46,799 nt of DNA from a virus (lineage: Duplodnaviria; Heunggongvirae; Uroviricota; Caudoviricetes): the IMG/VR virus record IMGVR_UViG_2703718778_000015; one strand, given 5' to 3'. The translations under genes were made by a program, and so were the position numbers. Below are positions 1 through 8,449 of this stretch, piece by piece. The number at the start of each line of letters is the position of its first letter. Position 1 is the stretch's first letter. The notes beneath the pieces were generated by a model, which was not told where the DNA came from, searched no databases, and worked only from the letters and a program-made list of their open reading frames with translations.

Positions 1-579
1 TTATTCCTGTGCCCAGCCAACCCTGTATGCCAGTATCTCATCCGCACTGGTCAGCTTTTCCAGCTCCTTCTTCATGGTGCGCTGGCGAACGTGGATTTCC
101 ATCCCTTTGGTGAACATCGCCTGCTCTGCAGCAGCACTCAGAGCAATCAGTGTTTCAGCGTCCATCGGTACGTCATTATTGTCCGCATCCGTCCAGAAAA
201 ACGCCTCCGGCAGTTTCCCCGCTTTCGCTGCCGCCACCGACGGCTCAAGACGCGTCTGCGTTGACTTCCCGTAGTCCCATTTACGCCCATTGTGCTCAAA
301 CGTGTAGTTCGCCGCTTCCATCGCATTACGCCAGGCGTTGATCCCGGCGGTTTTGAGTTCTCTGGCTTTTTCCGGGCTGATGGATGGCTGTACATATTCT
401 GCAATTTCACCGGCCTCTCCTCTCAGACAAGCGGCATAAATATCCCGCCCGTATGCTTCGGTATCGCTGGCTGTTGCAGTGAAAGGAACCGCCTGCTCAA
501 TGTGCTCAAACTTCACCATGCAATTCACAGCAGTGTGATCTTTATCTGCCCATTGCGGATTGCTTATTTTTTTCCACAT
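1..579 (-). CDS. Hypothetical protein downstream of the side tail fibre gene; possible tail fibre assembly/chaperone protein by position only
   Basis: 192-aa ORF directly after stf on the same strand. It does not resemble the lambda Tfa sequence I remember (no conserved Tfa C-terminus), so the function is inferred from position only. Confidence 0.4.
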   Translation of the reverse strand: MWKKISNPQWADKDHTAVNCMVKFEHIEQAVPFTATASDTEAYGRDIYAACLRGEAGEIAEYVQPSISPEKARELKTAGINAWRNAMEAANYTFEHNGRKWDYGKSTQTRLEPSVAAAKAGKLPEAFFWTDADNNDVPMDAETLIALSAAAEQAMFTKGMEIHVRQRTMKKELEKLTSADEILAYRVGWAQE

Positions 580-598
580 TCATGTCATCTCCTGTCAG

Positions 599-2125
599 TC
601 AGTATGCGCGCTGGAACAGCCCGATGCCTTCATTGTCATTTGTCGACGTAATTTCATTACACACCATCCATGAGCCCGGAACTGAGGATAGTATGCCGTC
701 AATGCCATCGGTGTTAGCTTTCATATAGTTTCCGTTTTCGTCTTTGATTAGGGCGCATCGCTTAAGGCGTGAACCCGATACAGTTTCTCCTGGCTGATAG
801 GTTCTGCCGATGTCGGTTATATACGGGCCTAGTGCGGCAATAATGTATGTTCCGATGCTGTAAATTTCCCCGGGTACCAGCCTTCCGGTTGGCCCTTGTG
901 GTCCCTGTGGTCCCTGTGGTCCTTGTGGTCCCTGTGGTCCGGTTTTACCATCCAACCCGGGCAGTCCCATCGGTCCTCGCCCTCCGGCAGGGCCCTGTGG
1001 CCCCGTTTTACCCGCAGGACCTGCCGGACCAACCGGCCCCGGAACACCCTGTACCCCCGCTGGTCCCCTTTCACCTCGTGGCCCTGCCGGGCCTGCATCA
1101 CCTTTGGGACCAGCTGCACCAGCCGGTCCCCGTGGGCCTGCGGGCCCCACTGCACCAGGTGCGCCAGGTTCCCCCCTGTCCCCCTTCGGTCCGGGGACTG
1201 CTGCCCGGGTTGCTGCCTCTTCTGCCTTCGTTTTTGCTGCCTGCACTTCTGCCATTACCGCTTTCACAGCCTTTGGGGTTGCCGCTTTTGTTTCATCATC
1301 GCTGTTGGTATCGCTGCTCAGCTGTACAACACCTTTCTGTGATGTGCTGGCATCCGGAACACTGGCGACACTGCCTGCGGGACCCGCAGGACCTGCGGGG
1401 CCGGTTTCTCCCCGAGGGCCTGCGGGACCTGCCGGACCTGTTGCGCCGGGTTCACCTTTATCCCCTTTCGGGCCGGTTTGCCCTGCCGGACCCTGTGGTC
1501 CGGGTGGTCCGGCCTCTCCACGTGGGCCGGTGTCACCTTTCGGCCCCGGCGGTCCGCCCGGGTCACCTTTATCGCCCTTCGGTCCCTGTGGACCTGTTTC
1601 TCCCCGTTCTCCCTTTGGCCCCGGCTCACCTTTTGGTCCGACCGCCCCCGTTGCCCCGGCTGGTCCCTGTGCCCCTGTGGCACCCTGTGGACCTGTGTCC
1701 CCCTTCTCGCCCGCCGGTCCCCGGGCATTCTCTGCCCGTTTCTTCGCTTCCTCTGCACTCGCCGCCGACGCTTCAGCACGCTTCAGGATTTCCGCTGCCA
1801 CCGCTTCCAGCTCTGCAAGCGCTTTCGGGTAATACTGCGCCTCATCCTGTTCCATCAGAAATTTATTCAGCGTTCCCGGCTCAGAATCCGCCTTCACCAG
1901 AATGTCACCCACATACGACGGGGCGTACCCTTCCGTGTTCAGCGTCACCCGGTACCACCCCGGCTCCACATCAAAACTGTAACTGCCGGTTTCCCCCGGC
2001 TGCCCCTGCGCCACCGTGGTGACTATCACTGTCTCTGTGGTGCGTCGCGCTTTCAGCTCTATGGTGCATCCCGGCACCGGCTTCCCGGTGCCGTCCTTCA
2101 GCACGCCCGATATTCTGACTGTCAT
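599..2125 (-). CDS. Side tail fibre protein with long collagen-like Gly-X-Y repeat region
   Basis: 508 aa. N-terminus ([17 protein letters not shown]...[19 protein letters not shown]) looks like the conserved prophage tail-fibre N-terminal domain; the centre is long GPxGxxGPxG collagen-like repeats; GGGAGA RBS upstream of the ATG. Confidence 0.85.
   Translation of the reverse strand: MTVRISGVLKDGTGKPVPGCTIELKARRTTETVIVTTVAQGQPGETGSYSFDVEPGWYRVTLNTEGYAPSYVGDILVKADSEPGTLNKFLMEQDEAQYYPKALAELEAVAAEILKRAEASAASAEEAKKRAENARGPAGEKGDTGPQGATGAQGPAGATGAVGPKGEPGPKGERGETGPQGPKGDKGDPGGPPGPKGDTGPRGEAGPPGPQGPAGQTGPKGDKGEPGATGPAGPAGPRGETGPAGPAGPAGSVASVPDASTSQKGVVQLSSDTNSDDETKAATPKAVKAVMAEVQAAKTKAEEAATRAAVPGPKGDRGEPGAPGAVGPAGPRGPAGAAGPKGDAGPAGPRGERGPAGVQGVPGPVGPAGPAGKTGPQGPAGGRGPMGLPGLDGKTGPQGPQGPQGPQGPQGPTGRLVPGEIYSIGTYIIAALGPYITDIGRTYQPGETVSGSRLKRCALIKDENGNYMKANTDGIDGILSSVPGSWMVCNEITSTNDNEGIGLFQRAY
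889..941. repeat. Tandem 9-bp repeats (GGTCCCTGT-like, about 5 copies) encoding GPQ collagen triplets inside the tail fibre gene
   Basis: Direct reading: ggtccctgtggtccctgtggtccttgtggtccctgtggtcc on the plus strand, which is the reverse complement of the GPQGPQGPQ coding sequence. Confidence 0.8.
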
Positions 2126-2138
2126 AGATTTCTCCCAT

Positions 2139-2172
2139 AAAAAAAACCGCAGTACCGGTTACCCGGTCTGCG
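2139..2172 (-). terminator. Putative intrinsic terminator between J and the side tail fibre gene
   Basis: On the minus strand, a GC-rich hairpin (cgcagaccgggtaaccggtactgcg) followed by T8, just upstream of the stf RBS. Confidence 0.5.
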
Positions 2173-2309
2173 ATCAGGGGTATAAATTGTGACTGGCTGG
2201 TGTTAAAGGGTGCCGTCAGTCAAAGGCACCCGTGGATAATGTACGATGTCCGGCTTTTGTCGTTTTCCGGCAATCACGAACAGATGGATGAAACCTCACT
2301 ATCCACCTG

Positions 2310-5300
2310 TCACGATGCGGTATCAAAATCGTCTGTATAGGATTTCAGGTAAAACAGAACCGGGTCATGGATCCGAATTTTACTCTTATCATGAAGTATT
2401 GAACCACCCATGTAAAAAAGCACATCTGCTTCATACCTGAATGTAATTTCAACCCGCACATCACCCTGTCCGGCAGGAATACTCCATGAGCCTGACGCAC
2501 TTCCGCCAACATCAGAATATACCGGCTCATATCTGCTGGCGTTTTTGGAAATCTGGACCTCCCGCTCCCCGGTTTTGACTTTGCCTGACCTGGCATGAAC
2601 GACAACTTTGTCATTTATCTTCATGATGAATTCACCTCTGGAAAATGAATACGCCATAAGCATAAGCTTGCGATCAAACGGCATGTTGTCTTTCAGCAAA
2701 ATCATTTTCTGAAAAGTCAGCTGGTTCTGAGTCATTACGCCCTGCCCCATATCAACCGTGTATCCCTTGACGATATCACCAATGATTCGGTCAGCGCTCA
2801 TCGTTCCATTAATGGTGCAGTCTTCCGCAATCGTCACGTTATTCAGCGTACCGGAACTGGCACTGATATTCCCGCTGATATCGGCATTACGGGCCGTCAG
2901 CCTGCCGTCCGGCGTCAGGGAGAATGCCGGGGGATTGCCACCGCTGGTAATGGTGGGGGCGGTAAGAACCTTTATCAGGGCCTCATTGATAAACGTCTGT
3001 CCCCCCTGCGTGACCAGTGCGGGTGTGGTATCACCATTCTCCGGATTAATGAATGCCACACGGTCCGCTGCCAGCAGTATCTGGCTCTGCATCCCGTCAG
3101 GGGTGTTCTCAATACCGGCACCGATACCGGCAATATAGCGACGACCATCCTGCATCTGCTGTAGCTTCACCGCCCACATGCTGTTCAGGTCATTATTTGT
3201 GTCCGTCTGCACACGCTGGATTTGCTGTATGGTGGCGTTCTGGTCCTCCAGCGTTTTACTGACCGTCTGTGTGATTTCATTGCGGGTTTCTGTGATGGTG
3301 GTCTGCATTTCCGCCATCTCGTCCTTCAGCTTGCTGTTGTCAATCTCTGCCCACAACGCCTCTGCCAGATGTGTTTTTCCTATCTTTTCCCGGAAAAACT
3401 CCAGATAGCCCGCAGCATCATCACTGGCCCGTCCACTGGCTTCCACAAAAGCAGATTTACCCACCAGGTTGACGCTGCGCACATAAAACCAGAAAACTTT
3501 CCCGGGTTTAATCTGGCTGCCGGAGACGCTCCACTGGCTGCCGGTCCCAAGATAACGGGCAGACGTTTCCACCTGTGCGGCGTCTGCAATTTTTGCCTCC
3601 GAAAACCAGAACTCAAACTGCACCGTCGGGTCATAAATGGTCAGTTTCGGGACTGCCGTTATCTGAAAATACCCCGGCGTCAGTTCAACACCGGCAGGCG
3701 CTGCCGGTGCGTTAATCCGGAACGTGGTGGTGGCGGGTTCGCCCTGCTGGCCATAACTGTTAATCGCCCTGACCGTCAGGGTGTATTCCCCGAGAGGCAG
3801 GCCACTGAAACGGTGCTCCGTATCGGCAGTGATGGCGGTGGTCAGCAGGCGGCTGTTCTCACCGCTTCCACTGGTCAGGCGCAGACTGAAGCGCACGCCC
3901 TTCACCACCCTCGGCGTGTCCCATTTCGCCAGCGCCAGATACTGGCTGTCAGCTGCGCTCACCTCCACCGTCAGGTGCTGCACTGCCGGTGGGATGACGC
4001 TGTTCAGGGAGCCTGACTGCGGCTCAAAGCGGGCACCGTTATCCACGATGGCTTCTTTTTCCGGTACGTGCTGCACCGCCGTGATGGCAAAGGTGCCGTC
4101 CGTGTTTTCCCGGATGGCCACACAGCGGAACAGGCGACGGCGAAGACCGGGCATTTTCAGTCCCCATACCCCGTATGTCTCCACGCCATCCGGCAAGGGG
4201 CTGACCTGTATCCGGTCCGGCGCGGGGTGTGCGGTGATGTCCACACTTACCGGCTTACCGCTGCCGTTAATCAGGTTCACCGTCGATGCACCTGTCCCCG
4301 GAAGTGTCACTTCACGGTCCAGCGTCAGGGTGCGGGTGGCAGCATCGATGGACAGGACACGTCCGCCGGTCAGGGTCCCGGCATAGTCGTTATCACAGAT
4401 TTCAATAATGTCACCGGGTGTGTGCCGCAGCCCCTGAGACCCGAGTGTGAAATCCACCGTCTGCGTTTCCAGCAGTTCGGTCTTTATCACCCACAGCCCG
4501 GCACGGTGGGCCTGACCGCGGCTGGTACAGCCGAACGCGTCCATCTTCAGCAGGTTGCGTCCGTAGCGCAGTATGGCGTCCGGGTCTTCCACCAGTTCCG
4601 TGGAGGTCTGCCAGCCGTTCTGCGGGTCGGTGTAATTCACCTCCACCGCCGTGTGCCGGTCCTTCAGGGCACTGAAGCTGTAGCGGAACCCCACGCCGTT
4701 ATCATCCACCACCACATCGCTGTTGGTGTACGGCCACACCACATCCGACGGGCGGTCCTGAACGAACGTCAGCGTCTGACCGTTCCATACCGGCATACAG
4801 CGCATCGCCGAGCAGAAATCACTGAGAACGTCCCACGCCTTACGCTGTTGTGCCAGGTACGCATTAAAGGTCATCCGCGGCTCTGTGCCCCCGAAACCAT
4901 CCGGGACCGTCTGGTCGCAGTACTGCCCGATGGCATACAGCGCCCACTTGTCCACATCCGCCGCCCCCAGGCGTTTTCCCATCCCGTAGCGCGGGTGAGT
5001 CAGCATGTCCCACAGACACCAGGCCGGGTTGTTGCTGTATGCCGGTTTCAGACTGCCGTCCCAGATACCGCTGTACGTGCGTTTTTCCGGGTCATAGTTT
5101 GACGGCACCTGGATGATGCGACCGCGGATATGGTAGTTCACCGTCATCTGCTGGCCGCCGAACTGCTCCGCATCCACCTGCAGCCCCACAATGGCCGTGT
5201 TCGGGTAGCACTGTTTCACATCGATGATTTCGGTGTATGACGACCACAGCGTCTTATTCTGCAGCTGGTCCGTGGTGCTGTCCGCCGTCTCCCTGACCAT

Positions 5301-5840
5301 CCGGATGTTAAAGGGCCGGGGAGGCAGATTATCCAGAATCACCGAGGCCAGGAACTGTGAGGTGGTCTTGCCGTTAATGGTGACGTCCTTTTCTGTCACC
5401 CAGTTACCGTTACGCTGTAACTGAATCAGCAGGCGGACGGATGCCGGGTTACGGTCACCCTTTGAGGTGGTCTCCACCAGTGACTGCACCCCGAAGGTAA
5501 CCCGCAGGCGGTCAATGTTCGCGGACGTAATGGTGCGCGTCACCGGTTTTGCCTTCGTCACTTCCACGCCCAGTCCGGTTTCAGCTCCGGAGGACTCAAA
5601 GCCTTCCGGTGGTGTCTGCTCCTGCTCCCCGGCACGCCAGACCGCGGTCACACCGTGTATCACGGGATTACCGTCCGTGTCCGTCAGCGGGGTTTTGTTC
5701 ACCAGGATACTCTGCAGGCCTTTCACCGGACCTTCAATGGGTCCCTCACCAATCGCATCAATCACGCTCATCATCTGCGTGGATTTGAGATTATCCTTCG
5801 CCTCACGAGGTGTGTGTGCCTTACCGCCACCTTTACCCAC
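2310..5840 (-). CDS. J: Tail tip host-specificity protein J (central tail fibre)
   Basis: Strong similarity along most of the length to lambda gpJ as remembered (HTPREAKDNLKST, QTPPEGFESSG, ITSANIDRLR, WCLWDMLTHPRYGMGKRLG); divergent C-terminal ~150 aa (receptor-binding region). The ORF track starts at a TTG at 5885, but a GTG at about 5840 with a GGAGAGGGGG RBS matches the lambda N-terminus (VGKGGGKAHTPREAKD). Confidence 0.93.
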   Translation of the reverse strand: MGKGGGKAHTPREAKDNLKSTQMMSVIDAIGEGPIEGPVKGLQSILVNKTPLTDTDGNPVIHGVTAVWRAGEQEQTPPEGFESSGAETGLGVEVTKAKPVTRTITSANIDRLRVTFGVQSLVETTSKGDRNPASVRLLIQLQRNGNWVTEKDVTINGKTTSQFLASVILDNLPPRPFNIRMVRETADSTTDQLQNKTLWSSYTEIIDVKQCYPNTAIVGLQVDAEQFGGQQMTVNYHIRGRIIQVPSNYDPEKRTYSGIWDGSLKPAYSNNPAWCLWDMLTHPRYGMGKRLGAADVDKWALYAIGQYCDQTVPDGFGGTEPRMTFNAYLAQQRKAWDVLSDFCSAMRCMPVWNGQTLTFVQDRPSDVVWPYTNSDVVVDDNGVGFRYSFSALKDRHTAVEVNYTDPQNGWQTSTELVEDPDAILRYGRNLLKMDAFGCTSRGQAHRAGLWVIKTELLETQTVDFTLGSQGLRHTPGDIIEICDNDYAGTLTGGRVLSIDAATRTLTLDREVTLPGTGASTVNLINGSGKPVSVDITAHPAPDRIQVSPLPDGVETYGVWGLKMPGLRRRLFRCVAIRENTDGTFAITAVQHVPEKEAIVDNGARFEPQSGSLNSVIPPAVQHLTVEVSAADSQYLALAKWDTPRVVKGVRFSLRLTSGSGENSRLLTTAITADTEHRFSGLPLGEYTLTVRAINSYGQQGEPATTTFRINAPAAPAGVELTPGYFQITAVPKLTIYDPTVQFEFWFSEAKIADAAQVETSARYLGTGSQWSVSGSQIKPGKVFWFYVRSVNLVGKSAFVEASGRASDDAAGYLEFFREKIGKTHLAEALWAEIDNSKLKDEMAEMQTTITETRNEITQTVSKTLEDQNATIQQIQRVQTDTNNDLNSMWAVKLQQMQDGRRYIAGIGAGIENTPDGMQSQILLAADRVAFINPENGDTTPALVTQGGQTFINEALIKVLTAPTITSGGNPPAFSLTPDGRLTARNADISGNISASSGTLNNVTIAEDCTINGTMSADRIIGDIVKGYTVDMGQGVMTQNQLTFQKMILLKDNMPFDRKLMLMAYSFSRGEFIMKINDKVVVHARSGKVKTGEREVQISKNASRYEPVYSDVGGSASGSWSIPAGQGDVRVEITFRYEADVLFYMGGSILHDKSKIRIHDPVLFYLKSYTDDFDTAS

Positions 5841-5887
5841 TCGATCCCCCTCTCCTGTCTGATGTCTGAATTTGTTTATGCCCAAAA

Positions 5888-5920
5888 AACAACAGGCACC
5901 CCGGAGGGTGCCTGCATCAT
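5888..5920 (-). terminator. Hairpin plus T-tract on the minus strand immediately upstream of the J ribosome-binding site
   Basis: Minus-strand reading caggcaccctccggggtgcctg followed by ttgttttttggg; the ORF-track TTG start of J falls inside this T-tract. Confidence 0.4.
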
Positions 5921-5951
5921 GACGGAATAAAAATTCTGAATATCTTCACAT

Positions 5952-5980
5952 TTTCACAAACTGACTGTGGCGCGTATAAT
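5952..5980 (+). promoter_or_regulatory. Sigma70-like promoter (TTCACA - 16 bp - TATAAT) in the I-J intergenic region, reading antisense to the tail operon
   Basis: Direct reading: ttcacaaactgactgtggcgcgtataat; the -10 hexamer is a perfect TATAAT. Confidence 0.55.
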
Positions 5981-5986
5981 TTCGCT

Positions 5987-6084
5987 GCGTTAGTGTTTTT
6001 TCTGCCCGAGTAACAAAAACAACTCCTTAACATTAATCTTCATTTGTCTGTCCCGCAGCTCCGCGATCACTGCGGGATTTTTTT
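5987..6084 (+). ncRNA. Candidate small RNA of about 100 nt (promoter to intrinsic terminator), no plausible ORF
   Basis: Bounded by the promoter above and the terminator at 6052-6084; the only in-frame start gives a 6-codon ORF; contains a CA-rich stretch (taacaaaaacaactcc). Confidence 0.4.
6052..6084 (+). terminator. Intrinsic terminator on the plus strand
   Basis: cccgcag-ctccgcgatca-ctgcggg followed by attttttt. Confidence 0.6.
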
Positions 6085-6089
6085 ATGTT

Positions 6090-6770
6090 TTATCCCTGTC
6101 GACCAATAACCACGACCTTTCCGCCCCCGCCTTCATCACGGGTACTGATGTCCTGGGATATACGGCGGGAGCCAACCAGCATTTCCCCGTAAGGCACCGG
6201 CATCGGGTTACCCTGGGCAATCATGTTGTCCAGTGACGAAAAATACGTGTTCTGTCTGCCGTTATCCGTTGCGCGGTAATCCGGTGTTTTTGCCTTCGGG
6301 GCCAGCATCTGGGCCACACCACCCAGAATCATGCTGGCTCCAAGTGAAAACAGCATCGTGGTGGCAGAAAAACCACCGGCTGCCAGGGCTGAACCCCATA
6401 ACGCCATCGATGCCCCGGCAGTGAAGAAAGAGCCCACGATGGCTGCCGCCCCCAGCACAATCTGCAGTCCACCCTTTCCGGCCCCGGCCAGTCGCGGCAC
6501 AATGTGGATGACCGTTCCCTCACCCAGCTGTTCGTGAAGACGGGCGTACACCGCCTCCGGTGCCGTGTCCTCACCGGCAATACGTATCTGGTACCAGCCT
6601 TCGTTCATCTGACGGCGGAATCCGGGCACCTGTAACGACAGCGCCCGGATGGCTTCCGCTGCCGTGTTCACATACAGGCTGAGGCGGCGGCCAAATCGTT
6701 GTAAATCCCCGTGAAGGCAGATGCGTGCCAGTGGCGGTGACGCCAGACAGAATGCGTTCGTCGTTGCCAT
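6090..6770 (-). CDS. I: Tail assembly protein I
   Basis: 226 aa; matches lambda gpI as remembered (ARICLxGDLQRFGRR, GAAAIxGSFFTAGA, NTYFSSLDNMxAQGN). Confidence 0.9.
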   Translation of the reverse strand: MATTNAFCLASPPLARICLHGDLQRFGRRLSLYVNTAAEAIRALSLQVPGFRRQMNEGWYQIRIAGEDTAPEAVYARLHEQLGEGTVIHIVPRLAGAGKGGLQIVLGAAAIVGSFFTAGASMALWGSALAAGGFSATTMLFSLGASMILGGVAQMLAPKAKTPDYRATDNGRQNTYFSSLDNMIAQGNPMPVPYGEMLVGSRRISQDISTRDEGGGGKVVVIGRQG

Positions 6771-7411
6771 TTTTCGGAATACCTCTCCCGTTTACTCAGT
6801 TGTTCAGGCAGATGGTGAAGCAGCTCACCGTTGCCACAGTAAATGGCGGCATGGTTCGGTACCGAAGCACCAAAGCAGCACAGCAGCACATCGCCCGGTT
6901 GTGCTGATGACAACGGCACCTGATACAGCCCTGTGGCCTCCAGATTATCCAGGTACAGGTTCTGGCCGTTGCGCCACCAGTCATCCTCGCGATGAAAATC
7001 CGGCATTTCAGTCCCCGCCAGATGATAAGCATCCCGGAACAGCGTGTAACAGTCCGTCACCCCGTGCTCAAAGCGCCGTCCTGTCAGATGTGGCACACAG
7101 CGGAATTTGTGAATGTCACCCCGGCTGACCAGCCACCAGGGCAGTGCGCTTTTTATCTGCAGCCGCCGGTCGGCCTCGCTCAGCCAGGGCAGACCACCGG
7201 GATGACTGTGGACCAGTGCCACAATCTCCCCCTGCATCTCTGCCCGCAGCCAGTCTTCCGGTGCGATACGAAAATACGCCTCCGGCTCTGCGGAAATATT
7301 CACACAAGGGATATACCGCTCCCCCTCCGGCGTGCTTATCACGAAGCCGCACGACTCCGCAGGCGCACACCGCCGGGCATGCGCCAGAATCGCTGATTCA
7401 GTCTGTGTCAT
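6668..7411 (-). CDS. K: Tail assembly protein K (NlpC/P60 plus JAB/MPN domains)
   Basis: JAMM motif HSHPGG and NlpC/P60 Cys motif (GVTDCYTLF). Start set at the internal Met (MTQTESAILAH) 11 bp after the L stop; the longer ORF-track extension runs antisense-like into L. Confidence 0.85.
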   Translation of the reverse strand: MTQTESAILAHARRCAPAESCGFVISTPEGERYIPCVNISAEPEAYFRIAPEDWLRAEMQGEIVALVHSHPGGLPWLSEADRRLQIKSALPWWLVSRGDIHKFRCVPHLTGRRFEHGVTDCYTLFRDAYHLAGTEMPDFHREDDWWRNGQNLYLDNLEATGLYQVPLSSAQPGDVLLCCFGASVPNHAAIYCGNGELLHHLPEQLSKRERYSEKWQRRTHSVWRHRHWHASAFTGIYNDLAAASACM

Positions 7412-7421
7412 AAAACAGGAT

Positions 7422-8120
7422 TTACTGCGAAAGTTTATTGATGGAAAGGAAACCGCCAAAATTGCCGACATTCCTGCGCAGTTCACACCCGCGCATGCAC
7501 TTGCTGCATCTGTCCTTACGGATATCCGTGGTGGGTTTATCGAACTCATCCGCCACAGCCCCGCCCGTGTAACCACACTCATCAGAGCGGTAGGTCCACA
7601 TACAGGTGTTCGCCAGCATGATACGACCGGGAAACAGCGCCCCGTCCGTCTCGGTCGGTGTGGCCAGCACAAACGAGGCCGTCATGGCCGTCAGCTCTGA
7701 CATCTGCTCCACCACCCAGCGGTCACTCAGCTCCTGCTCCGGGTCCGCTTCCGGATTGCCTGCCACAAAATTCACCGCATCCAGAAAACGCGCATACACC
7801 CGGCGACGAACCACCGTGGCCCCCACCAGGCTCTGCAAATCCTCCGCCATCCCGGTAACCAGCCCGAACAGATTCGACACCGTCAGTGACGGGCGGGCAC
7901 TGCTCCCTTTCCCGTTCATCTCAAAGCCGCTGCCGTCAATCGGGTACGCCTGATATTGCCGCCCCTGCCAGGTCACCGGCTCCCCTTTTTCATTCAGCTC
8001 ATTGCAGAAAAAATACCGCTCACCGCCCTGTACCGTCAGGTCGATTTCCCAGAGCACCACCCGCGGTGACTGCTCTGATTTAACCGACTCGTTCAGACTT
8101 TCTTCGTGAATATCCTGCAT
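7422..8120 (-). CDS. L: Minor tail protein L
   Basis: 232 aa, same length and motifs as lambda gpL; 1-nt stop/start overlap (TGATG) with M. Confidence 0.93.
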   Translation of the reverse strand: MQDIHEESLNESVKSEQSPRVVLWEIDLTVQGGERYFFCNELNEKGEPVTWQGRQYQAYPIDGSGFEMNGKGSSARPSLTVSNLFGLVTGMAEDLQSLVGATVVRRRVYARFLDAVNFVAGNPEADPEQELSDRWVVEQMSELTAMTASFVLATPTETDGALFPGRIMLANTCMWTYRSDECGYTGGAVADEFDKPTTDIRKDRCSKCMRGCELRRNVGNFGGFLSINKLSQ

Positions 8121-8449
8121 CAGTTCACCACCTGCTTAAACTCCGCGCTGAACTCAACGCGCAACATCCCGACCCGCGCAGACCACCCGGCACAGGTCAC
8201 CTTTATCTGCCGGTATGCATAGGGTGGCTTCCACAAAAATGCCTTCCAGCCACCGTGCTCTGCCAGGAACGCTTCCAGATGACGGGCCTCCTCCCGGGTC
8301 ACGGAAAGCATCACCCGGTATGTTTTCAGGTCAGCATTCAGCCCTGCCGCCATACGCTGTGAGTACCCGTCACCAAAACGCACTTCACGCACCGATGGCT
8401 GCGAGTTCACCTCCATATCCGGTTTCACTTTCCAGCGAAAGGTTTTCAT
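8120..8449 (-). CDS. M: Minor tail protein M
   Basis: 109 aa, same length as lambda gpM; immediately follows H. Confidence 0.93.
   Translation of the reverse strand: MKTFRWKVKPDMEVNSQPSVREVRFGDGYSQRMAAGLNADLKTYRVMLSVTREEARHLEAFLAEHGGWKAFLWKPPYAYRQIKVTCAGWSARVGMLRVEFSAEFKQVVN

Noticed and set aside
889-941. Short tandem repeats that could be mistaken for a CRISPR-like or VNTR array
   Set aside because: The 9-bp unit has no spacers and lies in frame inside the tail fibre gene, encoding GPQ triplets; it is coding repeat DNA, not CRISPR.
847-2022. Long plus-strand ORFs (391, 242 and 220 aa) rich in Pro/Leu/Arg overlapping the tail fibre gene
   Set aside because: They are antisense or alternate-frame readings of the GC-rich collagen Gly-X-Y repeat DNA; the minus-strand frame gives a coherent tail fibre protein.
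3222-5102. Plus-strand ORFs of 264 and 344 aa inside the J gene
   Set aside because: Antisense to a well-supported J coding sequence; Arg/Cys-rich composition typical of spurious frames.
6668-7672. N-terminal 87-codon extension of the K ORF and 19-codon extension of the terminase A ORF (19154-21139) in the ORF track
   Set aside because: Both extensions overlap the preceding gene and lack the lambda N-termini; the internal starts (MTQTESA for K, MNISEQ for A) match lambda gene organisation.
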